From Phycisphaeraceae bacterium (GTDB taxonomy: Bacteria; Planctomycetota; Phycisphaerae; Phycisphaerales; Phycisphaeraceae): a stretch of DNA of 64,000 bases. How positions within the stretch are numbered: the stretch's first letter is position 1; each line of letters opens with the position of its first letter. The stretch spans positions 256,001 through 320,000 of the forward strand of contig OY771506.1 in assembly GCA_963674705.1 (NCBI GenBank), written 5' to 3'. A program made the position numbers and the translations under genes. Shown one piece after another: positions 1 to 9,781 of the stretch. A model generated the notes under the pieces. The model had not been told where the DNA came from. It saw nothing but the letters and a program-made list of their open reading frames with translations, and did no database searches.

Positions 1-1758
1 GACGGCTGGATCGAACACTGGAGCGAGGTGCCCGACCCCAATCCCACTACCTCCATCCGTGAACTTGAACTCTACGATCCCCTTGTCGGCCAAGCCGTCC
101 TCGAACTGACTCAGCAAGGCTCCGTAAACAACTCCGGTTCAACCCTGGAGCTTTGGAACCACGGCCGGGTCGAAGCGATTGCGGGCTCGGCAGGTGCGCT
201 GATGAATAACTGGCAGGTCGCCTCTTGGAATATTTCCGGATCACCCTACAGCCAGGCACACGCCGACAGCACGCTGCAAGACCTCGCCTATCGCATCATG
301 CCCAGTGAAGAAGGCGAGCAGGTAGGCGACGCCGTCTGGCTGACCTTCTACAGCTACTTCAACGTCAACCACAGCGTCAACCACTACAGCTTCTCCGAAT
401 GGACCGACTTCCCCGACTCCGACGGCCCCTACCACGTCAAGGGCATCCTCTCAGGGCCGTACCCCGCACCATTTAATGTCAGCCTGCGCACCGACGATAC
501 CGTACGCGACAGGCCTGCGCTCTATGCCGCTGAAGACTACGACCACAGCGCCCGCGTGTTTTACGGCGAACGTGTAGCGGCGCACATCGGTGACACCATC
601 GTGTTCAACGGCGGCGTCCTGCCATGGATGACGATCTACGACTACGGGGAAGATCAAGGCATGCAGGTCGGCGTCAGTGAACGCGCCGTCTCCGATCTCT
701 CGCTGGATACGTCCGTCACCACGACGCTTGCCGAAGACGGTTTCATCCTCGAGGGCCCGGCCGAACTGCACTGGGAAGCACGCCACGTCCACGGCGAGAA
801 CATGGGCATGGAAGAATTCCACGACGAGTCCGGTGAATACTTCGAATCTTTCGATACCTGGCAGAGCATCACCGATGCCCACGCCGATCAGCAATCCGAG
901 ATCACATCCTACTGGCTCAGCGCCGGTGGCCAGGCCGAGGCGCAGAACAGCGCGATGGCTGTGTCGTATTACGAGGTCGAGTTCGAGCTCTACGAGACAA
1001 CCTCGTACCAGTTGCACATGATCATTGATGCATCCGACAGCGCGACGACCAGCTTTGATTTGAGCGGCCCAACGAACATCGCCTACTCGGCCAGCGGCGG
1101 ATGGAATCCGCGATGGGATACCGGCCAGCTGATGCCCGGCATCTACACGCTCACCGTGCAAGCCGAAGCGGATTCGGGAATGGCTGGCGGCGTCGACGTC
1201 TGGGCCAACTTCGACTTCAACATGAATCTCGGCGAACCCGAACGCGTCCCCTTCGATCCGCCCGACACCACCATCCTCTACGACAAACTCGATATCGGCG
1301 ATCCCCTGGCGTGGACCGTCGAGACCGGCCCCTACGGCGACGCATCGATCGTCGGCCACCCGGACCGACCAGACGGCGTACTTAGCCTGTTTGATCCCGG
1401 CAACGACGCGGTCATCATCCGTCAACTTGTCGATGTCTCGAATATCATTGGCATCGAGTTCGACTTCCTCTTCGATGGCCCCGGTCGACTGGACATCCTG
1501 CTCAACGACACGCTGCTGACCGCCATCTATTCTCAGGGCTCTTCCGGCTTCACCTACTTCCAGGATGAGTTCACACTCGCAAGCGTCGGGCTCAGCCCCG
1601 GTCAATACTGGCTTACGTTCAAACTGTCCAATCCCGACGCTGCGGACCCACAGGCATACATCGACGAGATGCTGGTAACGAGCTGGGTCCCCGAACCAGG
1701 TGCGATCTTCATCTTCATATTATCCGGCGCGATGCTCTTCAGACGCGAGCGTCAATAA
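1..1758 (+). CDS. PEP-CTERM surface protein (5' end lies outside the window)
   Basis: Frame is open from base 1; C-terminus VPEPGAIFIFILSGAMLFRRERQ (PEP, hydrophobic stretch, basic tail); acidic extracellular-type body. Confidence 0.85.
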   Translation, partial: DGWIEHWSEVPDPNPTTSIRELELYDPLVGQAVLELTQQGSVNNSGSTLELWNHGRVEAIAGSAGALMNNWQVASWNISGSPYSQAHADSTLQDLAYRIMPSEEGEQVGDAVWLTFYSYFNVNHSVNHYSFSEWTDFPDSDGPYHVKGILSGPYPAPFNVSLRTDDTVRDRPALYAAEDYDHSARVFYGERVAAHIGDTIVFNGGVLPWMTIYDYGEDQGMQVGVSERAVSDLSLDTSVTTTLAEDGFILEGPAELHWEARHVHGENMGMEEFHDESGEYFESFDTWQSITDAHADQQSEITSYWLSAGGQAEAQNSAMAVSYYEVEFELYETTSYQLHMIIDASDSATTSFDLSGPTNIAYSASGGWNPRWDTGQLMPGIYTLTVQAEADSGMAGGVDVWANFDFNMNLGEPERVPFDPPDTTILYDKLDIGDPLAWTVETGPYGDASIVGHPDRPDGVLSLFDPGNDAVIIRQLVDVSNIIGIEFDFLFDGPGRLDILLNDTLLTAIYSQGSSGFTYFQDEFTLASVGLSPGQYWLTFKLSNPDAADPQAYIDEMLVTSWVPEPGAIFIFILSGAMLFRRERQ

Positions 1759-1947
1759 GTAAGAAAGATCGCCAGCCACATACGAAAGGAGGTGAGAAAG
1801 CATTTTTAAAACTGCGGCCACTGAATGACGCCCCCGCGTAATGCATTCGCTCGGAGACGCCCCACCTCTCGACTCTCAGTTAGCGTGCTGTACAAAACAG
1901 ACAATCCATTGCTCCATGTCATTGGGGCGGAGAGATGAGAAAGAACC

Positions 1948-2832
1948 ATGTTTACGCGAACTTCCATATTCGTATCAGTACTTGCCGTACTGTTTACCTC
2001 GGCTGCCGTGAACGCCGATTGGTTTGTTGGTGACGATTACAAGATGCACTACCCTCAGTTGCCCGACCTGAGCCCCGAGGGCATGGATGTGCTGGCGAGC
2101 CTGACGACGGATTCCACCGGCACGAATGCCATGGCCAAGGTGCTGGCCGACGACTTCCTCTGCACGCAGTCCGGTGCGATTACTGATATCCACATCTGGG
2201 GCTCCTGGTTACTAGACCATGTATCAGCCGTGCCCAATCACGGCACGTTCGTCATAGGGATCTACAGCGATATCCCCGATCCGGATGGTGACGGACCGGC
2301 CTACAGCATGCCCGGCGAGTTACTCTGGGACATGAAGTTCAGGCCCGGTGAGTACGACGTCCGCATCGAAGCCGACGGCCCCGAACAGTTCTTCGACCCT
2401 AACCTCAACGAGATCATCGGCACAGACAATATCGCCTGGCAGTACAACTTCCTGATCGATGAAGCGCTGGCTTTCAGGCAGGAAGAGGGAAAGGTCTACT
2501 GGCTGTCCGTCACGAACCTTGACCCGGACAACGACGGCGCCATCAGCCTGATTGATCTGTCCAACGTCCTGGCAGGACACAACCGCTTCGGCTGGAAGTC
2601 ATCGAAGGACCACTGGAACGATGACGCCGTGTTCATCGATCTGGAAAACGTATTCAACATGCCTGTCGATGCCATCTACCCACCAAACACCCCGGGCGCG
2701 GTGCTGCCATGGCAGGAACTGATCAATCCACTGACCGGTGAATCCATGGACCTCGCCTTCGTCATCACACCCGAACCGGCGACCCTCGCCCTGCTGACCC
2801 TCGGAACCCTCGCCGTTCTGCGGCGACGTTAA
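1948..2832 (+). CDS. PEP-CTERM protein, KMHYPQLPD-type domain
   Basis: Signal peptide (..AVNA-DW); C-terminus ITPEPATLALLTLGTLAVLRRR; paralog of 2915-3700. Confidence 0.9.
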   Translation: MFTRTSIFVSVLAVLFTSAAVNADWFVGDDYKMHYPQLPDLSPEGMDVLASLTTDSTGTNAMAKVLADDFLCTQSGAITDIHIWGSWLLDHVSAVPNHGTFVIGIYSDIPDPDGDGPAYSMPGELLWDMKFRPGEYDVRIEADGPEQFFDPNLNEIIGTDNIAWQYNFLIDEALAFRQEEGKVYWLSVTNLDPDNDGAISLIDLSNVLAGHNRFGWKSSKDHWNDDAVFIDLENVFNMPVDAIYPPNTPGAVLPWQELINPLTGESMDLAFVITPEPATLALLTLGTLAVLRRR

Positions 2833-2914
2833 TACCAACACTTCACGCTCACCGGGCTTCACCTCGCCCGGTGGGCACGCATCAAAACTGTTTGATCTTT
2901 GAAAGGAGAGGATC

Positions 2915-3700
2915 ATGATACAACGACTCGCCGTCCTCACATTGGCACTTAGCTTTGTCCTGCTTGCCGCGCCTGCCCAGGCAGACTGGGACCCGGGTGA
3001 TTCCTACAAGATGCACTACCCACAACTACCCGACCCAACCGGCTGGGATGTCGAGTTTGTGTCGTGGTCTAACAAGATCGGCGACGACTGGCAGTGCACC
3101 GAGACCGGCCCCGTCTCAGACATCCACATCTGGCTGTCATGGCAGGCTGACAATATCAATGGTGGCGGTCTGCCCGGGCGGATCGAAACCGTCGGCGTCG
3201 AAATCTACAAAAATGTGAATCCTGATGCGGTGTTGCCGTACAGCCGGCCGGAGATCGATCCGGTTTGGTCATACGTCTTCGACGCATCACAAGTCGCACG
3301 CCGACCCTACGGCCAGGGCGATCAAGGCTGGTACTCACCGCAACTGGGCATGCAGCAAGGTCTCGCCTGGCAACGGCCCGACCACATCTTCTTCGAGCAA
3401 CTGAATATCACCAACATCCAGGACCCCTTCATCCAGCAGGAAGGCGAGGTCTACTGGCTCGTAATGTGGGTCGCATGGGAGGGAACACAAAACCCCGCCG
3501 GCTGGAAGACTACGCAGGACCACTTCATGGATGATGCGGTCTGGTACGACTGGACCGAAGATAACCCGCTACTGCGGTGGAACGAGATCGTCGATCCCAT
3601 CAACGGCCAATCTCTCGACCTTGCCTTCGTCATCACCCCCGAACCCGCATCGATCGCACTTCTGACGATCGGCACAATGGCGCTGATCCGAAGGCGCTGA
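2915..3700 (+). CDS. PEP-CTERM protein, KMHYPQLPD-type domain
   Basis: Signal peptide (..PAQA-DW); C-terminus ITPEPASIALLTIGTMALIRRR; RBS GAGG. Confidence 0.9.
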   Translation: MIQRLAVLTLALSFVLLAAPAQADWDPGDSYKMHYPQLPDPTGWDVEFVSWSNKIGDDWQCTETGPVSDIHIWLSWQADNINGGGLPGRIETVGVEIYKNVNPDAVLPYSRPEIDPVWSYVFDASQVARRPYGQGDQGWYSPQLGMQQGLAWQRPDHIFFEQLNITNIQDPFIQQEGEVYWLVMWVAWEGTQNPAGWKTTQDHFMDDAVWYDWTEDNPLLRWNEIVDPINGQSLDLAFVITPEPASIALLTIGTMALIRRR

Positions 3701-3871
3701 TCGAATGCAGGGAAAAGCCGCCCCCGGCTGACGAATCGTGTCAGCCGGGGAATGTCAACAGCAGAATCACCAGTCACAGATCACAACTCATTATCAAGCA
3801 AACTAGTCCGAATCCTTTCCTGACGATCAATCGGTCTCAAATGTGAACCGAATCATGAAAGGACTATACCC

Positions 3872-4645
3872 ATGCAAAAAACAATGAACATCACTGCAGC
3901 CATCACCGCAATGGCTGTTGTGGTTTGTCTGTCTCAAGTTTCCGTGGCAGCGCCGTTCGTTAATCCACCAGAATCCAACTGTCCACAATGGGTGACAGCC
4001 TTCCCCTATCAACGGAACATCCTTGTCGGCTTCGATACCGATCCGCACCAATGGCCGGACCACGTCACAAGTCCGACACCCGGCGAACGCAAAGCCCTGA
4101 CGCCCGATCTCGTTCATCATGAAGGTACCGATGATCCAGTGCTGTACCCCTCGGATTGGATAGCCGGGAATGTTGATCCGTCCACGAACGGGTACACCGA
4201 GTGGATGCCCATAGACACAGAAACGGGCTCGAATCGGAAGGGCATCCTGGCGCTGCATGGATCAGCGGGCACAACAATCACACTCGTCTGGCACATCGAC
4301 AACTGGGACCGGCCCTACAAGGAAAAACACTTCTACGCAGAGGTCGAGTTCTACACAACGGGTAACGATGGGATCGATGAACTGATCAGCAGCACCGGAC
4401 AGATCGAGACACTGGACGCCCATTACGAAGTACTGGCGGACGGCTGGGTGCGCTGGTGGAGCTGGGCCACCCTCGTGCCGAATCCCGAGTGGGAGCAAAT
4501 GGTTAATACCATCACCTTCCAGGAAGACGGCTTCCTGCTGATGGATTACATGCACATCGCTACCGAATGTGTTCCCGAACCCGCATCGATCACACTGCTT
4601 GGTCTGATCGGTCTGACAATAACGCGCCGTAACACAATCCGCTGA
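3872..4645 (+). CDS. PEP-CTERM protein
   Basis: Signal peptide; C-terminus VPEPASITLLGLIGLTITRRNTIR. Confidence 0.88.
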   Translation: MQKTMNITAAITAMAVVVCLSQVSVAAPFVNPPESNCPQWVTAFPYQRNILVGFDTDPHQWPDHVTSPTPGERKALTPDLVHHEGTDDPVLYPSDWIAGNVDPSTNGYTEWMPIDTETGSNRKGILALHGSAGTTITLVWHIDNWDRPYKEKHFYAEVEFYTTGNDGIDELISSTGQIETLDAHYEVLADGWVRWWSWATLVPNPEWEQMVNTITFQEDGFLLMDYMHIATECVPEPASITLLGLIGLTITRRNTIR

Positions 4646-4697
4646 TCGTATGTACTGTCAGCCCCTCGTCCGCTCGCGCCACACGCGCGACCCCCCC

Positions 4698-4730
4698 GAA
4701 GCCCACGTTCAAAGAACGTGGGTTTCTTTC
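4698..4730. terminator. Probable intrinsic terminator
   Basis: Stem GAAGCCCACGTTC-aaa-GAACGTGGGTTTC followed by T-rich tract, between convergent genes. Confidence 0.6.
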
Positions 4731-4755
4731 TGATTTGTGTTGATCATTCAACTGT

Positions 4756-5050
4756 TCACGACACCGGCCTGATCGGCAACCCCGCATCGATCAGATACTG
4801 CTTAGTCACACCGATCGGATACTCGCCGTAGTGAAAGATGCTCGCCGCCAGCGCCGCATCCGCGCGCGTCTGTTCAAACACCTGTTTCATGTGCTCGGGG
4901 CTGCCACAACCCCCCGACGCCACCGCCGGCACATCCACCGCATCCGCGATCGCTTTAGTGATCTCGATGTCGTAACCATCCTTCGTCCCGTCCGCATCCA
5001 TGCTCTTTATATACCCGCGCGATCTCCACCGGATCGCCCGCGTCCCGTAA
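4756..5050 (-). pseudogene. hisF: Degraded hisF copy (5' end lost, internal deletion)
   Basis: About 4780-5005 matches hisF 7730-7954 with 7 mismatches by manual count; 5006-5050 encodes [14 protein letters not shown], matching the hisF N-terminal region, fused out of frame. Confidence 0.85.
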
Positions 5051-5065
5051 CGCAGTTAACAGTAA

Positions 5066-6115
5066 CTACCGTGCCTCTCTGGATCTGAGTTTATTACTCA
5101 GCTTGGTCTTGAGCGGCTCGACGTCATCCAGACGGATAGGCAACACGTCAAAGTACAGCGAGCCGGTCAGCGGCAGCACCGTCTCGTCACCACGCGCCAT
5201 CCGCGCCAGGATGCGCACGGACTGATACCCGAACTGGTAGGGGTCCTGCACGAGTGTTGCGTAGACTTCGCCATCGAGGATGCCCTGCAACGTGTCTTCA
5301 TGCTCATCGAACGCCACGAGTTGAACCTGCCCGGCCTTGCCCGCCTCCTTCAGAGCCGATAAACACAACGGCGAGTTGTACCCGAACATGCCAACCATGC
5401 ATCCTAGGTCGGGGTGTTCCACCAATGCCTTGGCCGCGTTCTCCCGGGCCCTGTCCATGTTGTGGTCATCAACCATCGTCCCCAGGATCGTATATCCACC
5501 ACCAGCCAAAGGCTGGTCGGGGACATCGAAGCCCTGTGGATTTTTAGGCCTGCCCAACAACTCATCGATAAAACCCTGTCGGCGGAGTCGCGCGTTGTCC
5601 TGATCGACACTGCCGATGAAAATCATCAGTGAGCCTCCATCAGGCATCGCTTCCTTGACCAGTTGAGCGCACTTCTGACCCGCCTTGTAATTATCGGTGC
5701 CGATGTAACACAAACGCTCACTGTAAGGTGCGTCAGAGTCGTGTGTGACCAGGTATGTTTTCTCGGCGATCCGTTTCAACAAGACCGACTGCCTGCTGGG
5801 ATCGATCGGACTAATCGCCACACCATCCACATCGTCCTGTTCAAGTAACTCACGGATGAATTTGTTCTGATCATCCAAGCCTTCTTTCGGCATGATGACA
5901 CGGACATTGGCATTCAAGCGTTTAGCCGAATCCTCCGCACCCGCCGCAGCGATTTCCGAGAAGGCGTCCGACGCGTTGGTGATAAACACGATATCCACCG
6001 GCATCTCGGAACCCTGGCTTTCCTGAAACCGCCCCACCCAAACCCATGCGGCGACTGCCGCTACCACAATTAATACGATCGTCCAGAGAACCTTGCGAGT
6101 ACCCGACTCTGCCAT
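5066..6115 (-). CDS. Sugar ABC-type substrate-binding protein (RbsB/Peripla_BP_4-like), orphan
   Basis: N-terminal anchor; motifs DGVAISP, DSDAP..RLCYIGTDNY, VQDPYQFGY. Confidence 0.85.
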   Translation of the reverse strand: MAESGTRKVLWTIVLIVVAAVAAWVWVGRFQESQGSEMPVDIVFITNASDAFSEIAAAGAEDSAKRLNANVRVIMPKEGLDDQNKFIRELLEQDDVDGVAISPIDPSRQSVLLKRIAEKTYLVTHDSDAPYSERLCYIGTDNYKAGQKCAQLVKEAMPDGGSLMIFIGSVDQDNARLRRQGFIDELLGRPKNPQGFDVPDQPLAGGGYTILGTMVDDHNMDRARENAAKALVEHPDLGCMVGMFGYNSPLCLSALKEAGKAGQVQLVAFDEHEDTLQGILDGEVYATLVQDPYQFGYQSVRILARMARGDETVLPLTGSLYFDVLPIRLDDVEPLKTKLSNKLRSREAR

Positions 6116-6519
6116 CTTGCGCCTCCTTTGGTAGTCCTATCCAACTTGGACAGAATCAGTCCGTAATATCCAATTTATATGAAAGTAAAAACCTTACATA
6201 TGTTTGCGCGCCCTGACCATTATCATACAAAGCTGAATATCGATTGGGGATCAAAATTACGAAGTGAAACCAAGTAACAATGCGTTACACAAGAAACATC
6301 AGAAAACGCGTGTAACATCAGACAATAAACTATGCGAATCAGACGCCGCACATGTGGCTTATATTATACACTGATTTTTTTAATAAATCAGTTCTATAAT
6401 GAGTTTCGTAAGCAAGACGAGGGCTGGTATGATTCGTGAAGAGCGGCCCCCATGAAGTTGAAGTTTGAACAAGCACTGACTGAAGACCCAATCCATGATC
6501 CCAAAAAACAGGTGCATGC

Positions 6520-7605
6520 ATGCTGAAACAGTGGACTCTATTACTGGTTTTGTCTTGCACTACACTCGGGGCATGTAGTTCCAGTCACAATAAGGTTTCG
6601 ACCTCATCAGACCCGACGTACACAACGGTCAAACAATCCATAGAAGCCAAACAGTTACCTTTCGTGAAACGGCCGTTCCCAACGTATGCAGATGGACGGT
6701 GGATAGGCAACGCCATCTGCTATGGGCCACACCGTGACGGACAGGCGCCCGGCGCCGATTCGCCCTCGCGTGAAGAATTGCTCGAAGACCTCAATATTAT
6801 GAGTCGACACTGGCGCATGCTCAGAATGTATAGCTCCGTGGGGCCGGCGGAAGAGGTGCTTCAAATCATTCACGATGAAGCAATCGATATGAAAGTCGTC
6901 GTGGGTGCCTGGATCGGCACCGAAGCACATGTGGATGAGAACGGCAAGATCATCGAACGATTCCCGCAAGCCGTCATCGATAATCACAAAGAAGTCGAGA
7001 CGGCAATCCGTTTGGCCAATGCGTATCCCGACATCGTCACCGCCATCACGGTCGGTAACGAGACCCAGGTGTCCCAGTCGTTCCACAAGGTACGAACACC
7101 GGTCCTGATCAACTACATCCGCCAAGTGCGAGCACGGACAAAAGTCCCCGTCAGCACATCCGATGTTTACACTTTCTGGAACAGCACGCGCAGCAAGGCA
7201 ATCGCCGATGAGGTTGACTACATCGTCACCCATATTTACGCGATGTGGAACCAGCAGCCACTCGACAACGCACTGGCTTGGACACAGGCGCAATACCGGG
7301 CGGGCCTCGACCAATATCCGGATCACTTCTTTGTACTAGGGGAAGCGGGATGGGCAACCGTAAAACACGACGAGGGGGAGCAGGCCAGACTCATCACCGG
7401 TCAAGCCGGTGAGACCGAGCAGCAACGTTTTTACCAAGAGTTCATCGCCTGGACCACCGAGAACCGGATCCCCAACTTCTACTTCGAGGCATTCGACGAA
7501 AACTGGAAAGGCAGCGAACACCCCAATGAAGTCGAGAAACACTGGGGCCTATATAACACCGACCGTACCCCCAAACAGGCGATCAAGAACTTGATCACAC
7601 AATAA
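6520..7605 (+). CDS. GH17-family beta-1,3-glucanase/glucanosyltransferase, probable lipoprotein
   Basis: Lipobox LGAC; VGNE acid/base motif, GEAGW nucleophile motif, YFEAFDENWK and EKHWGL. Confidence 0.85.
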   Translation: MLKQWTLLLVLSCTTLGACSSSHNKVSTSSDPTYTTVKQSIEAKQLPFVKRPFPTYADGRWIGNAICYGPHRDGQAPGADSPSREELLEDLNIMSRHWRMLRMYSSVGPAEEVLQIIHDEAIDMKVVVGAWIGTEAHVDENGKIIERFPQAVIDNHKEVETAIRLANAYPDIVTAITVGNETQVSQSFHKVRTPVLINYIRQVRARTKVPVSTSDVYTFWNSTRSKAIADEVDYIVTHIYAMWNQQPLDNALAWTQAQYRAGLDQYPDHFFVLGEAGWATVKHDEGEQARLITGQAGETEQQRFYQEFIAWTTENRIPNFYFEAFDENWKGSEHPNEVEKHWGLYNTDRTPKQAIKNLITQ

Positions 7606-7707
7606 AACAAGCTGATTCAACGCCTGCAGTCACAATAAAAACACCGAACTGGCACATCTTCATGGCTTACATGGAGCTGCGCGTGTTTCAACACAAACGA
7701 AAATGTA

Positions 7708-8547
7708 TCAGGCTTTACGTATCGAGATACCCGCATCGATCAGATACTGCTTCGTCACACCGATCGGATACTCGCCGTAGTGAAAGATGCTCGCCGCCAG
7801 CGCCGCGTCCGCGCGCGTCTGTTCAAATACCTGTTTCATGTGCTCGGGACTGCCACAACCCCCCGACGCCACCACCGGCACATCCACCGCATCCGCGATC
7901 GCTTTAGTGATCTCGATGTCGTAACCGTCCTTCGTCCCGTCCGCGTCCATGCTCGTCAGGATGATCTCGCCAGCGCCAAGTTCCACGACATACCTCGCAT
8001 ACGCAAGCGCTTCCAATCCCGTCGGCGTACGCCCACCGTGCGTGTGCACCTCGAAGACGTAATCGGGTGTGGGGTGTGGGGTGTGGGGTGTGGTCGATCC
8101 GGAGGTGGGCAACTCGCGCCGCCTTGATTCATACTCCTCGCGCGGCACACGCTTCGGATCGATATTCACCACCGTCGCGCAGCGCCCGAATCGGGTCGCG
8201 GTCTGCGCCACGATGTCCGGGTCCACCACCGCGGCCGTGTTGATACTCACCTTCTCCGCACCCGCCTGGATCAGCTTCGTCACATCGTCGATCGTCCGGA
8301 TCCCCCCGCCGACCGCGAACGGCATGAAACACTGCTCCGCCACCCGACGCACCATGTCCAGCATGATGTCGCGCCCCTCGTGGCTGGCCGTGATATCCAG
8401 AAAAACCAGCTCGTCCGCGCCCTGCTCGTCATACGACCGCGCGATCTCCACCGGATCGCCCGCATCACGCAGGTTCAGGAAGTTCACACCCTTCACGACC
8501 CGCCCCTCGTGGACGTCCAGGCACGGAATAATTCGTTTCATCAGCAT
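7708..8547 (-). CDS. hisF: Imidazole glycerol phosphate synthase cyclase subunit
   Basis: [45 protein letters not shown]. Confidence 0.97.
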   Translation of the reverse strand: MLMKRIIPCLDVHEGRVVKGVNFLNLRDAGDPVEIARSYDEQGADELVFLDITASHEGRDIMLDMVRRVAEQCFMPFAVGGGIRTIDDVTKLIQAGAEKVSINTAAVVDPDIVAQTATRFGRCATVVNIDPKRVPREEYESRRRELPTSGSTTPHTPHPTPDYVFEVHTHGGRTPTGLEALAYARYVVELGAGEIILTSMDADGTKDGYDIEITKAIADAVDVPVVASGGCGSPEHMKQVFEQTRADAALAASIFHYGEYPIGVTKQYLIDAGISIRKA

Positions 8548-8646
8548 AGCCCCGGATTATAGCAATCCCCCGCCCACCAGCCGCTTGCCGCTTAGCGCCC
8601 GCGAACCACTTGCTACAATCTGGCGTACTGCCATACGGAGTAAACC

Positions 8647-9567
8647 ATGCGTAATCATCGTATTTTGCTTATCGCCCTGTTCCTGCTGCTGCTGTTCGCC
8701 CCCGCCCTGCAAGCCAAGGAACGGGTCACCGAGCCGTTCATCGGCGTGCATGTCCGCGAGGTCACCTTCGATCGCCCCAGGCCGCTGGTCATCCGTGTCG
8801 CCGAAGTCGACCTCACCGCCGACGGCATCTCATTCCTCATCACCCCCAGCAACGGCGACCCCAACGGCGATGAGCCCGGCGACCCCAACGGCGAAACCAC
8901 ACGCGAAACCACGCTCGACTTCCTCAAAGAAACCGAAGCGCAGCTCGCCATCAACGCCACCTTCTTCGCCATGGACAAGATCGGCACCGACAACATCGGC
9001 CTCGTCGTCTCCAAGGGCGAACAGATCTCCCCCTTCCGCGGCGACTGGCCCGCCATCAACATCGACCCCGACAACAAAGCCGCCATCGTCTGGGGCGAAG
9101 ACAACACCTTCAATGTCACCAAACCCGAGCCCACAAAAATCAAACTCTACAACGCCGTCACCGGAAGCGACCAGATCGTCATCGACGGCAAACCCCTCGA
9201 ACCTCAACCCGACCGCAGCTTCTTCACCACCGCCCACCCGCGCACCGCGATCGGCATCACCAAAGACCACAAGCTCCTGCTGGTCACCGTCGACGGCCGC
9301 GAGCCCGGCATCTCCGAAGGCATGCCCCTCAACGAACTGGCGCAGTTAATGATCGAACTCGGCGCCGTCCAGGCCCTCAACCTCGACGGCGGCGGCTCCA
9401 CCACCATCGCCATCGCCGACCCCGACCCACGCGTCATCAACCTACCCAGCAGCAAAGACGACGAAGGCAACTACGGCGTCCTCCGCCCCGTCGGCACCAG
9501 CATCGCCGTCTTCGCCAAACCTAATCCGGACTACCAGAAACCGGAAGCACCTAACAAACCACGCTAA
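8647..9567 (+). CDS. Phosphodiester glycosidase (NAGPA-like) family protein
   Basis: Signal peptide; AINATFF, HPRTAIG, VDGR, ALNLDGGGST. Confidence 0.88.
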   Translation: MRNHRILLIALFLLLLFAPALQAKERVTEPFIGVHVREVTFDRPRPLVIRVAEVDLTADGISFLITPSNGDPNGDEPGDPNGETTRETTLDFLKETEAQLAINATFFAMDKIGTDNIGLVVSKGEQISPFRGDWPAINIDPDNKAAIVWGEDNTFNVTKPEPTKIKLYNAVTGSDQIVIDGKPLEPQPDRSFFTTAHPRTAIGITKDHKLLLVTVDGREPGISEGMPLNELAQLMIELGAVQALNLDGGGSTTIAIADPDPRVINLPSSKDDEGNYGVLRPVGTSIAVFAKPNPDYQKPEAPNKPR

Positions 9568-9781
9568 TCCCAAACCCCATTCAAACCCAATGCCCGGCCA
9601 TACTTCCGGGGCCCAAAGGGCTTCGGCCGGGGTGTCTTAGCATCCTCCCCATCTCTCACGCCCCGATCACGACTACGCCGATAACACATACACGGCGTTG
9701 TCGGGTCTGACACCGCGCCTCAACTTATCCGGGGCCGCCAGGACACGCCAATAAATCAAATTCGCAAGGAAGGAGCCTGCG

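Noticed and set aside
4756..5001. Functional 81-aa mini-HisF
   Set aside because: The start is an internal Met next to the deletion junction; only a barrel fragment remains
4756..7954. DGR template/variable repeat pair
   Set aside because: Mismatches are not adenine-specific, are mostly synonymous, lie in hisF, and no reverse transcriptase is present
8069..9349. 426-aa ORF and other long overlapping or antisense ORFs across the window
   Set aside because: Shadow frames of well-supported GC-rich genes, with no recognisable motifs
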